From assembly GCA_034530615.2 (NCBI GenBank), contig JAVRCV020000032.1, positions 32,001-96,000 on the forward strand: a stretch of 64,000 bases of DNA. Direction: 5' to 3'. The DNA is from Aulosira sp. ZfuVER01 (GTDB taxonomy: Bacteria; Cyanobacteriota; Cyanobacteriia; Cyanobacteriales; Nostocaceae). Every line of letters begins with the position of its first letter. The first letter of the stretch is position 1. This document shows positions 38,151 to 48,603 of this stretch, in pieces. The notes below the pieces were generated by a model that worked only from the letters and a program-made list of their open reading frames with translations, searched no databases and had not been told where the DNA came from. A program made the position numbers and the translations under genes.

Positions 38151-40574
38151 ATGGATAGATTAAAGCAAATCCAATTAAAATTAAAGTTTTTTTTTGGTTC
38201 ACTTTTCTATGCGAGTTATGCTCCAAAAGCATTCTTATACACTCGTCAGCGAGATAAAATAGAACGCCAGTTTCTGATAACACCAACAGAGGAAGGTTTT
38301 GGCAAACCAGGAAAGTTACTGCGTGCTGAACAAACAGCAAGAGGTGCTAATTTCTATTTCGAGCTTGCAGAATTGGAAGTTTGTTTTCTGGCTGAAGATT
38401 TAGTCCGAATTGACTGGAAACCAGGTATACCGCCTATCCCTTACGCAATTGCTCAAAATGAATGGCAAGATGTAGAAACTAAGTTGGCACAGACAGATAA
38501 TAACTGCTTTGTGTCCAGTAATAGTCTCAAAGTAATTGTTGAAGTGGATGGTAGTTTAAAATTTTGCGATCGCTCTGGTCAAGTCATCCGCGAAGAACTA
38601 CCGCCCCAGAGCAAAAACCAAGGATGGATTCATCAAGCACAACTGCGCCCAGAAGAACGCATTTATGGATTAGGAGAACGGGCTTCTTCACTCAATCTCC
38701 GAGCCGCTAAAGATGAACAGCAACAAAGTAAAACCTATCGGATGTGGAACTATGATGCTGCTGGGATGTATCCTCCAGGTTCAGACCCGATGTATCTCTG
38801 CATTCCTCTCTATTTAGGTTTGCACTCACTTGGCAGTTATTTAATTTTTTATGAAAATTCTTTTGATGCTAATTTTACATTTGCGGAAACTGCCAAAGCT
38901 GACTTTACTGGGGGATCGCTGCGTTATTATTTTACCTCTGGTTCGCCGAGACAATTACTAGAGCGCTACACCGAATTAACTGGACGTGCGCCTCTACCTC
39001 CGCGATGGGCGTTAGGCTATCACCAATCTAAATGGGGGTATCGTACAGAAGATGCGGTGAGGGAGGAAGCGAGAGCTTTTCAATATCACAAGCTACCTTT
39101 AAGCGCTATACATCTAGATATTGACTGTCAAGTTGGATACCGAGCCTTCACTATCGACCCAGAACGCTTTCCGAAATTGGCGAGTTTTACACAAGAACTG
39201 GGCGAACTGGGAGTGCAATTTATTGCCATTCTCAACCCAGGAATTAAATACAGTCGCCACAGTAACTTATTTTTAGAAGGTCAAATATTAGATGGATTTT
39301 GCAAACTCCCCAATGGCAAACTTGTAGTTGCGCCTGTGTGGCCTGGTTGGTGCGTATTTCCAGATTTTACCAATCCTAAGGTTCGCAGTTGGTGGAGTCG
39401 GCAGTATGCATATTTGCTGGATGTGGGTGTGGCAGGTTTTTGGCATGATATGAATGAACCTGCTGCTTTTATTACTTCTGGCGATCGCTCTTTACCAAAA
39501 GTCACTCAACATTATATGGAAGGTAGAGGTGGCGATCACCGCGAAGCTCATAATATTTACGGATTATTGCAAGCAGAAGCAGGCTATGAAAGTTTGCGTC
39601 AATACCGCCAAGAAAAACGACCTTTCATAGTTTCCCGTGCAGGTTGGGCAGGACTTCAGCGCTATGCTTGGACTTGGACAGGTGATGTTGAATGTACTTG
39701 GAGTGCGTTACGCCAAACAATATCAACAATTGTTGGCTTAGGGCTTTCTGGGATTCCCTACAGCGGCCCGGATATCGGTGGTTTCCAGGGTAATCCAAGT
39801 GCAGAACTATACTTACGTTGGTTCCAAATGGCAACGTTCTTCACGTTTTACCGAACTCACTCGTCTAATAACGTGGAACACCGCACGCCCTGGACTTATG
39901 GCGAACCTTACCTGAGTATCATTCGCTCCTTCTTGCAATTGCGCTATCGCCTACTGCCCTATTTTTATACTTTATCCTGGGAAGCAACACAAAAAGGTTA
40001 TCCCCCCGTGCGTCCGCTGTTTTGGGCTGCTGATGATAACACGACACTTTGGGATGTGGAAGACGCTTTCTTGTTAGGTGATGCTTTACTAGTTTGTCCC
40101 ATTGTCGAAGAGGGAGGGCGAGCGCGACAAGTGATTTTACTGCCAGGACGTTGGTATAGTTTTTGGGATGACACAGTATTTGCGGGTGGACAACAGGTAA
40201 ATCTTTCAGCACCGCTAGAAACTATTCCTGTGTTGGTGAAAGCTGGAAGTATTTTGCCTATGGAAGAAAATAAACAACTGACTCTCCACCTTTACCCACC
40301 TGTAGAAGGTGAAAGTTTTACTCAGCTATACAGCGATGCAGGTGATGGTTATGGAGCATCGAGACTGGATAAATTCCATCTGGTGAGATCGGCAAATGGT
40401 TTAGAACTTACTTGGCAAGAACAAGGAGATTATTCTTTCCCTTACACTAGCGTACAGTTGCATGTGCATGGGATGAAACTTCAACAAGCTTGGGTAGATG
40501 ATGCAGAAGTGAATTTTCAGGGACAACAGTTAAAGTGCGATCGCTTTTTAAAGGTTCGCTTGCAAGCAGAGTAA
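38151..40574 (+). CDS. GH31 alpha-glucosidase/xylosidase
   Basis: YGLGE, PP.WALGYHQS.W, FWHDMNEP nucleophile motif, WTGD, DIGGF. Confidence 0.93.
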   Translation: MDRLKQIQLKLKFFFGSLFYASYAPKAFLYTRQRDKIERQFLITPTEEGFGKPGKLLRAEQTARGANFYFELAELEVCFLAEDLVRIDWKPGIPPIPYAIAQNEWQDVETKLAQTDNNCFVSSNSLKVIVEVDGSLKFCDRSGQVIREELPPQSKNQGWIHQAQLRPEERIYGLGERASSLNLRAAKDEQQQSKTYRMWNYDAAGMYPPGSDPMYLCIPLYLGLHSLGSYLIFYENSFDANFTFAETAKADFTGGSLRYYFTSGSPRQLLERYTELTGRAPLPPRWALGYHQSKWGYRTEDAVREEARAFQYHKLPLSAIHLDIDCQVGYRAFTIDPERFPKLASFTQELGELGVQFIAILNPGIKYSRHSNLFLEGQILDGFCKLPNGKLVVAPVWPGWCVFPDFTNPKVRSWWSRQYAYLLDVGVAGFWHDMNEPAAFITSGDRSLPKVTQHYMEGRGGDHREAHNIYGLLQAEAGYESLRQYRQEKRPFIVSRAGWAGLQRYAWTWTGDVECTWSALRQTISTIVGLGLSGIPYSGPDIGGFQGNPSAELYLRWFQMATFFTFYRTHSSNNVEHRTPWTYGEPYLSIIRSFLQLRYRLLPYFYTLSWEATQKGYPPVRPLFWAADDNTTLWDVEDAFLLGDALLVCPIVEEGGRARQVILLPGRWYSFWDDTVFAGGQQVNLSAPLETIPVLVKAGSILPMEENKQLTLHLYPPVEGESFTQLYSDAGDGYGASRLDKFHLVRSANGLELTWQEQGDYSFPYTSVQLHVHGMKLQQAWVDDAEVNFQGQQLKCDRFLKVRLQAE

Positions 40575-40721
40575 TACTAATTCCAAGACAATAGCGATCG
40601 CACCTTACCCTACCAGTATCTAAATTACCAAGCACTCGGGTTCTGATGGGAGAAGATAGACTTTTTATAGAAGGATTCTTACAGGTTGTATAAAAAGTTT
40701 AATCCAGGTAGGTATCAGGTC

Positions 40722-42653
40722 ATGGTGCGTTTAAAAATTTGGCAGTGGGTTGTCCTAGCAACACCGATCGCTTTCATCATCATTTTCTTACTGATAGCCG
40801 CAGGTTCCCAGATTCATACATGGGGGATTAATTGGATTTGGGCGGTGTTTACGCTGTTATTTGTGGGCTGGCGTTGGTTGCTAGTGAAATGGACTCGACC
40901 AGAGGTAGAACAACTAGAAGCAGCTTTAGCACAAGTCAGCGAAGAATTAGCAGCAACGGCGGACACGGAACAGTTACCCACCGGGAATGGTGCTACCAAT
41001 CAAGCTCAAGCAGTCTTAAATGAAGTTTTGCAAGCAGCACAAAACGATCGCCCGATTTGGGAAGATTGGCCAACTTTCTGGACGCGATGCCAAAATCTTG
41101 TTGTAGCGATCGCGCATATCTACCATCCTGAAGTTAAATATCCCCTGCTGAATATTTACGTTACCCAAGCCTACGGGTTAATACGGGGGACAGTTGATGA
41201 CCTCGATCAATGGATGCAGAAGCTATCACCTGCTTTAAATCAAGTTACAGTTGGGCAAGCTTACCAAGCTTATGAAGTCTACCGCAAGTTAGAACCATCC
41301 GCCCGCAAACTCTTTCAAGCTTGGAACTGGGCACAGTGGCTATTAAATCCAGCCGCAGCTTTAGCGAAAAAAGCCAGTCAAAGCTACACAAGCCAAGCAA
41401 ATCAGCAATTGCTGGTAAATTTAAGCCAAATGCTGCGAGAAGCTGCTTTGCGGAATTTGTGTCGGCAAGCGATCGCTCTTTATAGTGGTAGTACTTTACC
41501 AACTGCTGAGTTTTCTTCCCCAACGCCGACGCTACCTAAAGCTAAAACCCAAACCCTCAAAGAAATACTAGCCCAAGCAGAACCTGCGGAAAGCGTTGCG
41601 CAAAAACCTGTGAATATTCTGCTTGTAGGGCGCACAGGTTCGGGAAAAAGCAGTTTAATTAACACATTATTTCAGTCAGAACTAGCAGCCGTTGATGTGT
41701 TACCTAGTACCGATCAAATTCAGAGTTACCAATGGCAGACTTCCAGTAAAGAAACACTGGAGCTTTGGGATACTCCTGGTTATGAGCAAGTCAACCGTTC
41801 TGATTTTCGGGAATTAGTTTTAGACTATGCCACCAAAGCAGATTTACTATTGTTAGTCACACCCGCCCTCGATCCGGCGCTGCAAATGGATGTAGACTTC
41901 CTCAAAGATATGAAGGCGGAAGTTACAGATTTACCTGTAATTACGATAGTTACCCAAGTAGATCGTCTGCGTCCCATCCGAGAATGGCAACCTCCTTATA
42001 ACTGGGAATGGGGCGATCGCCCGAAGGAAATCTCTATTCGGGAAGCTACACAGTATCGGGTGCAATTGCTGGGGGATTTTTCTAAGTTAGTTTTACCTGT
42101 AGTGACAGGGGACAGCAAAACTAATCGCTCTGCTTGGGGAATAGAAGCTTTATCTTTAGGATTAGTAGATGCGATCGCCCCGGCTAAACAACTGCGCCTA
42201 GCTCGTTTTTTACGCAATCTGGAAGCGCGTACTGTGGCGGCGGCGAAAATTATCGACAACTACACCTTCCAGATGGCGACAACTCAAGGACTGACATCGC
42301 TACTCAAAAGTCCAGTTCTCCAGTTTATTTCTACACTATCAACCGGCTCTCCTACTCTGGCATACTTGCTAGCAGAAAAAATTCCCGTGGAACAGTTACC
42401 GATTGTAATTGGTAAGCTGCAAATGGCTTATGAGCTTTTCTCTTTATTAAATACAGGTGATTCTAGTAAACCCAACTTTGATTTACTAGCTTTGTGGCCG
42501 TTGCTGCTGGAAAATACTGGCACAAGCGATCGCAACGCTTGGGCGTTTGGTCATGCTGTAGTTGAGTACTGGACTCAAAACCTCACAGTTGAACAACTTC
42601 AAGAACGGTTTAATTACTATTTATCTACCAACCCCTTAGGGGGTAGGAAATAG
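40722..42653 (+). CDS. Membrane-anchored GTPase family protein
   Basis: Two N-terminal TMs; GRTGSGKSS, WDTPG, TQVD. Confidence 0.85.
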   Translation: MVRLKIWQWVVLATPIAFIIIFLLIAAGSQIHTWGINWIWAVFTLLFVGWRWLLVKWTRPEVEQLEAALAQVSEELAATADTEQLPTGNGATNQAQAVLNEVLQAAQNDRPIWEDWPTFWTRCQNLVVAIAHIYHPEVKYPLLNIYVTQAYGLIRGTVDDLDQWMQKLSPALNQVTVGQAYQAYEVYRKLEPSARKLFQAWNWAQWLLNPAAALAKKASQSYTSQANQQLLVNLSQMLREAALRNLCRQAIALYSGSTLPTAEFSSPTPTLPKAKTQTLKEILAQAEPAESVAQKPVNILLVGRTGSGKSSLINTLFQSELAAVDVLPSTDQIQSYQWQTSSKETLELWDTPGYEQVNRSDFRELVLDYATKADLLLLVTPALDPALQMDVDFLKDMKAEVTDLPVITIVTQVDRLRPIREWQPPYNWEWGDRPKEISIREATQYRVQLLGDFSKLVLPVVTGDSKTNRSAWGIEALSLGLVDAIAPAKQLRLARFLRNLEARTVAAAKIIDNYTFQMATTQGLTSLLKSPVLQFISTLSTGSPTLAYLLAEKIPVEQLPIVIGKLQMAYELFSLLNTGDSSKPNFDLLALWPLLLENTGTSDRNAWAFGHAVVEYWTQNLTVEQLQERFNYYLSTNPLGGRK

Positions 42654-42661
42654 GATTTGCT

Positions 42662-43717
42662 TCAAACCAAAGCGAAGCTAGATTCTGTATCTGCTTCTGG
42701 TTCATAACCATGAGCTAATTGTTCAATTGCTCGATCGATCAAATCTAAACCTTGATTCACAGTTTCTACTAAACTGAGTTGTCCGCGCAAATCAGCAGCA
42801 CCGACAAAGCCTTTAGCATACCAAGTCATGTGCTTCCGGGCTTGACGGACACCGCGATCGCCTTTATATTCCCACAAAGCCTGTAAATGTTCTCGCGCGC
42901 ATTCCAAGCGTTGAATTGGTGTTGGTGGCGGTAACAGTTCCCCAGTTTTTAAGAAGTAATCAACTTCTCCCACCAAAAACGGATAACCTAAAGTCCCACG
43001 AGAACACATTACCCCGTCAGCGCCAGTTTGCTCCAAGCATTTCACCGCCGCCTCCACGGAGAAAATATCTCCATTACCAATTACTGGAATCGAAAGTATT
43101 TCTTTGACACGTCCAATCCATTCCCAGCGAGCATTGCCATTGTATCCTTGGGCACGGGTGCGTCCATGCACTGTAATCATTTGTGCCCCTGCATCTTCCA
43201 TGCGCTTGGCAAAATCGAGAATGGTAATTTCTTTATCATTCCAGCCAATCCGGGTTTTTACTGTTACTGGTACATCAACTGCCTTCACCACTTCCCGAAC
43301 AATTGCTTCGGCTACTTCTGGTTGGCGTAACAGCGAAGAACCACCACCATTTTTAGTAATTTTATTTACCGGACAGCCCATATTGATATCAACAGTATCA
43401 GCACCTTCCGCAACTGCTTTTACTGCTGCTTCCGCCAAAAAATCGGGACGACAATCAAATAATTGGATGCTAATTGGTCGTTCATTAGGATCGACCTCCA
43501 TAATTTTGGGTAACTCTTTAACATAGTGCAACCCCGTAGCATTCACCATTTCCGTGTACATCATCGAATCTGGTGCATAGCGACGTACCAAACGGCGAAA
43601 CACCATATCCGTCACCCCAGATAAAGGCGACTGCAAAACCCGGCTGTTAACTTCAAGCGATCCAATTTTCAGGGGTTGGGAGAGTCTAGCTTTGAGGCTA
43701 AGAGAGAGAGTTAGCAT
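42662..43717 (-). CDS. dusB: tRNA dihydrouridine synthase B
   Basis: PLSGVTD, DINMGCP, KTRIGW, VHGRT, GNGDI. Confidence 0.93.
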   Translation of the reverse strand: MLTLSLSLKARLSQPLKIGSLEVNSRVLQSPLSGVTDMVFRRLVRRYAPDSMMYTEMVNATGLHYVKELPKIMEVDPNERPISIQLFDCRPDFLAEAAVKAVAEGADTVDINMGCPVNKITKNGGGSSLLRQPEVAEAIVREVVKAVDVPVTVKTRIGWNDKEITILDFAKRMEDAGAQMITVHGRTRAQGYNGNARWEWIGRVKEILSIPVIGNGDIFSVEAAVKCLEQTGADGVMCSRGTLGYPFLVGEVDYFLKTGELLPPPTPIQRLECAREHLQALWEYKGDRGVRQARKHMTWYAKGFVGAADLRGQLSLVETVNQGLDLIDRAIEQLAHGYEPEADTESSFALV

Positions 43718-43930
43718 ATAAACAATTCAAAATGCAAAATTAATGATATCTCTTAAATCAAGATGCTTGTTGATGGAATTTACTTGTAATTGAAGCGATC
43801 GCCAAACATAACCCAAAATAGACTATTGATTTAATAGTAGCAATAAGCTCTGACGCTCAGGTTGTCACAAGTCAAAAGACAAACGCCAAGAATTCTACGG
43901 CTAGTTTTGACACAGTTTAGATTGGAAACT

Positions 43931-44911
43931 TTACTGTGTCTGAAATATATTTTGCACCATTTTTTTGTCTAAACTATCCGCAGCTCGATCCAGTGCTGCT
44001 ATCTCGCCAGAGTCCAAATGCCAACCTAAAGCACCAATATTCTCTTGTGCTTGTTTCAAAGACTTTGCGCCAGGGATGGGAATAGTTCCTTTACTGCTGC
44101 ACCAGTTAATCGCTACTTGTGACATAGTTTTATTTCTTGACTGAGCGATTTCTCGTAAACAAGCTAAAAGCGGGTCAATACCTGGCAATAACTGCCTAAA
44201 CAATAGACCCCGAATGCCTTTAGGAAGAGGCCCTGTCTTTGAGTATTTTCCTGTTAATAGCCCCAATCCCAAAGGGCTATAGGCAATCAGTTTAATTCCC
44301 ATTTCGTCGCAAACTTCTTTTAGCCCTAGTTGAGTAACAGGATATGTGGATAGTAGAGAGTATTGAACTTGCAAAGTTGCGATCGCCACACCGCGATCGC
44401 TAAATTTTTTATATACTCGTTGCAGACGCTTTGGCCCGTAATTGGATAAGCCTACAGCTTTGACTAATCCTTGCTCATAAAGATCAGCCAGTCCATCCAA
44501 AAGCCTCTCTTCTTGCCAAGGTGCATAGTTTGCTGTAGACCAATGCATTTGCACTAAGTCTACATTTCTGCCTAGGCGTTGGGCAGAAGCTTTACCAGCT
44601 TGTATCATTGATTGTCTCGTCCATCTCCAGGGGTAAGCAGCTAGCTTAGTGGCGATGCAAATTTTTTCGCTGTTGATACCTTGATATGCTCGAGAAAATT
44701 TTCCTAGAAGTATCTCACTGCGTCCCTTCAATTTGCCAGTACCGTAAGAATCTCCCGTGTCAAATAAAGTCACACCATTGCTGACACAAAGGTTAAAGAC
44801 GGCTTGTAACTCCTCATCCATGCTTTGATCGTATCCCCAGAGCAGCTGGTTTCCCCATGCCCAAGTTCCACAGCCCATAGTTGGAAGCGATAGTTCCTGG
44901 CTAATCTGCAT
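43931..44911 (-). CDS. Aldo/keto reductase
   Basis: GCGTWAWG, FDTGDSYG, ATK, GLSNY, AYSPL, IPIPG. Confidence 0.92.
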   Translation of the reverse strand: MQISQELSLPTMGCGTWAWGNQLLWGYDQSMDEELQAVFNLCVSNGVTLFDTGDSYGTGKLKGRSEILLGKFSRAYQGINSEKICIATKLAAYPWRWTRQSMIQAGKASAQRLGRNVDLVQMHWSTANYAPWQEERLLDGLADLYEQGLVKAVGLSNYGPKRLQRVYKKFSDRGVAIATLQVQYSLLSTYPVTQLGLKEVCDEMGIKLIAYSPLGLGLLTGKYSKTGPLPKGIRGLLFRQLLPGIDPLLACLREIAQSRNKTMSQVAINWCSSKGTIPIPGAKSLKQAQENIGALGWHLDSGEIAALDRAADSLDKKMVQNIFQTQ

Positions 44912-45186
44912 ATTTATCCCTGAAAACAAAGTTTCTCAAAGTTCATTATCAGATAATTTCTGCGAACTATTGTTAGCAATTGAGAGGAGGGTGTAGCTGT
45001 TTGACAATGATGCGTGCTACATTTGTATTACAAATTCTCCTAACCTTGAGATTTAGGTGTTGTCTATCAACCTATTTGCGGCATATTTAAGCGATCGCAG
45101 CAGCATTAAATTCTCAATTTTGTGTAGTACGATGCTCCAAGCTCAAAATAAAGATAATTATTCGTATATTTTTTTACTTTCTGTTT

Positions 45187-46617
45187 ATGAATGCTAACTC
45201 TCCCAACCGCGTTGAACAGGTAGCGCGAGAAGATTTAGTTATGTTTATCAATGCTTGTCTCGCTTGCACTGGACAGCGTGAGTTTTATGATGATGCTTAT
45301 GGTCAACGAGTATCAATTGACTTTTTACATGATTATATTCTCGGTAATTACCGCTTGCTTTATGCTCGTTCCTTAGCAGCCGGGATTAACCATTTCAATC
45401 AAGCGCAAATTATTCTCAAGCTATTGGCAACGGGAAAGTATACACTCCCAGAACATAAGCAAGAGGAAGGTGCATTAATTGCCCATGCACTCAATACTTT
45501 ACCTCCACAACGCGCCTGGGCTGTGTTGCAGCAGTTGCGTCACCAAAGAATTAACAATCGCCGCAGCCGGGCGATCGCGCGTGACTACTTACAGCAACGG
45601 CGCGATATGAGTTTTGATGCTGTGAAGTATCGCCCAAAAGTGCGGGCGATCGCAGCTCATGCGCACCTGAAACTGCAAGGTGAATTAGGTACTTTTCTCT
45701 TCCGTAACTGGAAACAAAAGATTTACACAACTGAATTATTTGAGAAATTTCGCCAAGCCCACTACAGTGCAGAAGCGATTTACAATTTGCCTTTCACTGT
45801 AGCGGAAGGTTTAGCAACTAAGCACAATATTAAGCGCGATGTATTTTTAACCCGAATTCAACAGCAAATGACTATCGGTGAAAAGTTGCGTTTGCAAGGT
45901 GCAGCAGAACGTACTGAGAAGGTGGAAATTGACCTAGATTTCGGACGTTTGCCGTTAACTAAATTGGCATTGTATATCCTGTCTTTACCTTTAGAAACTA
46001 GAAAACAGCAACGGGAGATTTTTACTCAAGCTTTAGAGCGATCGGCGCGTTTCGTGCTAAAAAAAGCACCATTAAAACTCGGGAAAGTTGCAGCGGTTTT
46101 AGATTGTAGCTACTCCAGTTCTGGCTCGAGCGAAAAGCGCCGTCGCCCTTTGGGTGTAGCACTAGCTACTCACTACTTATTACAAGCAGCATCAAAAGAA
46201 TATCGTCCTTTTTGGACAATACCTGTAGAAGATGCTTTGCAGGTACGCGCCCACGGACAAACTGACTTAGCAACACCATTATTAGCAGCCTTGGGTTCTG
46301 GTGCAGACTTAGTTGTAATTGTCTCTGATGGTTGCGAAAACTATCCGCCCAAAGGTGCGGCGGAAGTATTGCGGGTATTTCGGAATAAATTAGACCCTTG
46401 GCGACGGACTTCTATTATTCATTGCAATCCCGTGTTTAATTCCGAAGACTTTTCTTTGCGTAACCTCAGCCCATCCATCCCCACAGTGGGATTAAGAGAT
46501 GCGGAAGATTTACCCACAATGTTGGGCTTTGCCCGTTTTGCTGATGGTTCTGCACCCTTATCAGAATTAGAAGCATATTTGGCTGAACGAGTACAACAGA
46601 TGTTAACTGGAACATGA
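45187..46617 (+). CDS. Divergent TROVE/Ro60-like helical domain + vWA (MIDAS) protein
   Basis: AVKYR....AHAHLK recalls Ro60 AVTKYKQR...LSHLK. vWA motifs are VLDCSYSS (DxSxS), GQTDL and VIVSDG.EN. Confidence 0.65.
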   Translation: MNANSPNRVEQVAREDLVMFINACLACTGQREFYDDAYGQRVSIDFLHDYILGNYRLLYARSLAAGINHFNQAQIILKLLATGKYTLPEHKQEEGALIAHALNTLPPQRAWAVLQQLRHQRINNRRSRAIARDYLQQRRDMSFDAVKYRPKVRAIAAHAHLKLQGELGTFLFRNWKQKIYTTELFEKFRQAHYSAEAIYNLPFTVAEGLATKHNIKRDVFLTRIQQQMTIGEKLRLQGAAERTEKVEIDLDFGRLPLTKLALYILSLPLETRKQQREIFTQALERSARFVLKKAPLKLGKVAAVLDCSYSSSGSSEKRRRPLGVALATHYLLQAASKEYRPFWTIPVEDALQVRAHGQTDLATPLLAALGSGADLVVIVSDGCENYPPKGAAEVLRVFRNKLDPWRRTSIIHCNPVFNSEDFSLRNLSPSIPTVGLRDAEDLPTMLGFARFADGSAPLSELEAYLAERVQQMLTGT

Positions 46618-46682
46618 CAGTTGAGCCATTCATACCTTCGTAAACAATTCAATTGAGAAAACTCCGCGTACCTCTGCGCTAA

Positions 46683-46799
46683 CTCATACCATTTCACCAA
46701 AAATTATGATGCAGACGCAAACCCTGGAACCTTTGCTGAGTCTCAATTTCTTAATTTTTAATTTTGAATTTTGAATTTTGAATTTTGAATTGGTATAAG
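46683..46799. mobile_element. MITE-like element carrying an AATTTTG heptamer array, apparently inserted into another small repeat
   Basis: CTCATACCATTTC / GAATTGGTATAAG (11/13); about 5 AATTTTR units; flanks GCGTACCTCTGCG and GCGTCCCTTTGCG. Confidence 0.6.
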
Positions 46800-46831
46800 C
46801 GTCCCTTTGCGTTAAAAAACGCTCTTTAAAT

Positions 46832-48010
46832 ATGACAACCAAACAGAAATTACTAACAGATATATCCTTAAAAGGATTAGAAATTGCACCTTCCCAAATT
46901 CGAGGCGCAGTCCGCATTGTACCGCTACTGCGCCGTGAGGTGCGGGGAGATTTACGTTTAGTGCAACGTGGTTATAACGAAGATCTCACCATTGTTTCCT
47001 TGGAAGGGAAAATAACCGAACCAGGGATGAAATATTACTCTTATGTACCTCACGGTTTGGTAATTTCTTGGAGTGAGGATGGTAGCCCCATAGCAGCCTT
47101 TGGCGGACAAATGCTCAAGCCTGACGGTAAACGTTTGGATTGTGGTTGTGCAAGCGTGCGGTTAATGCATCGCATGGCCAAGCGGGAATCCAAGAATCAA
47201 CTCAGATTTCTTCCCTTACACTTGGCAATGGAAGGTTTTCTTTCGCTGTTTTTCTCAGGCCCAAATATTGCTTGGAATGAGTATTCTAAGTATGCTCTTT
47301 CTCAAGGACTGGGTTCACGCTACGAAATGTCTGTCAGTGGGCGTTATATTGCAGGATTAGAAGACGCTTTGCGTGTATTTGAGATTCATCCTAGACAGGT
47401 TGGGGTGTTGGTATTTGTGGCTGAGACTTTAGCCTCGGCTTTTGTGGTTCCGACTCCAGAGGATTACCGCGCTTTGCACACCAGTTTACTAGAGGACTTC
47501 TACGGTGAATTGATTTATGAGTACAGTCTGATGTTTGACACGCCTTTTCCTATGGATTTATCTGTGGATGACTCTAAAATTAATAGTTTGGCAGATTTGC
47601 GAAGTGCGATCGCAAAAATGCGATCTGATTGGGCATCTTTTCAAGGGTTTATGGCAGAAGGACTGTTGCAACGTCAATTACGTTCTCAAAGAGTTTACAC
47701 TGCTGGGCCGTTTGTATTGCAAAGATTTATTACTAACCTGCTTCCTAAAGAAGAAAACCATATCGGGGAAGCAATTGTTCGGGACAATGGAGAACTGGAG
47801 TATCTGAAAACTTATCGCCTCTCAGCCGCCCAAACCCGTCGAGTTTATTTACTTAGTCAACTAGATTTGTATAACTGGAACTTGGATGCTACGGCTAAAG
47901 CACTGGGGAACACCAGTGAAGAATTCGTACTACGGTTAGAAACTGCTGGCTTTGGTTATTTACTCAATCAACAAGTGCGAGATGCTGCTAGGAAAAAGTC
48001 TAAAAAATGA
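46832..48010 (+). CDS. ARPP-2-like domain protein with C-terminal Fis-type HTH
   Basis: Q.RG.VR.VPL start, FLPLHLAMEG, ALRVFEIHP.QVG and DY..LH.SL.ED.YGE motifs, recalled as the ARPP-2 family. C-terminus WNLDATAKALG looks like a Fis HTH. Confidence 0.6.
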   Translation: MTTKQKLLTDISLKGLEIAPSQIRGAVRIVPLLRREVRGDLRLVQRGYNEDLTIVSLEGKITEPGMKYYSYVPHGLVISWSEDGSPIAAFGGQMLKPDGKRLDCGCASVRLMHRMAKRESKNQLRFLPLHLAMEGFLSLFFSGPNIAWNEYSKYALSQGLGSRYEMSVSGRYIAGLEDALRVFEIHPRQVGVLVFVAETLASAFVVPTPEDYRALHTSLLEDFYGELIYEYSLMFDTPFPMDLSVDDSKINSLADLRSAIAKMRSDWASFQGFMAEGLLQRQLRSQRVYTAGPFVLQRFITNLLPKEENHIGEAIVRDNGELEYLKTYRLSAAQTRRVYLLSQLDLYNWNLDATAKALGNTSEEFVLRLETAGFGYLLNQQVRDAARKKSKK

Positions 48011-48039
48011 GTCAATGGGTATGGGGAATTGCTGATTTC

Positions 48040-48480
48040 TCAAGCAAATTGCCGAATTTGAGCTACATCCATAACTGCTTTAGCTAACTCATCTAAGTTA
48101 ATCGGCTTGTGCAGAAACTTTTGATAACCAGCTAAATATGCATATTTTCGATCGTCATCCATAACATACGCGCTCAGTGCGATCGCGGGAGTTCTTCTAC
48201 CTTGCGCTGAGTCAAGTTTTTTAACTTTCCGTAGCAGGGAGTAGCCATCTTCATCGGGTAAACAAATATCGCTAATTAAAACATCTGGTTGGAAGCATGA
48301 GATTATTTCTAGAGCTTCACTTGCTGAATTCACTGCCATAACCTCTGCGCCTTCGAGTTCAAACAGGATGGTGAGTAGCTTTCTTGTGTCAAGGTCATCA
48401 TCAACAACAAGTAAGCGTAGACCCTTAAATGAAATGGGTTTGTTAAGCATGATTTCGACCATAGTAAAAGTTTTACACAT
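48040..48480 (-). CDS. Single-domain response regulator
   Basis: LVVDDD, ISDI.LP..DGY, ALSA, HKP. Confidence 0.9.
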   Translation of the reverse strand: MCKTFTMVEIMLNKPISFKGLRLLVVDDDLDTRKLLTILFELEGAEVMAVNSASEALEIISCFQPDVLISDICLPDEDGYSLLRKVKKLDSAQGRRTPAIALSAYVMDDDRKYAYLAGYQKFLHKPINLDELAKAVMDVAQIRQFA

Positions 48481-48603
48481 GAAGTAGAGATGGCATCAAA
48501 ATGCACGCTCTCCCAATAGCATTAAAATGCACGCTCATATTTAATTTAGCCGTACTCAGTCGTAAAAGTCTGTCCGATTTCGTACATTCAACGGTAAAAG
48601 TAT

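Noticed and set aside
46419..46917. Minus-strand ORFs between and over the TROVE-like and ARPP-like genes
   Set aside because: Antisense shadows running through repeat DNA (KIQNSK from the heptamers).
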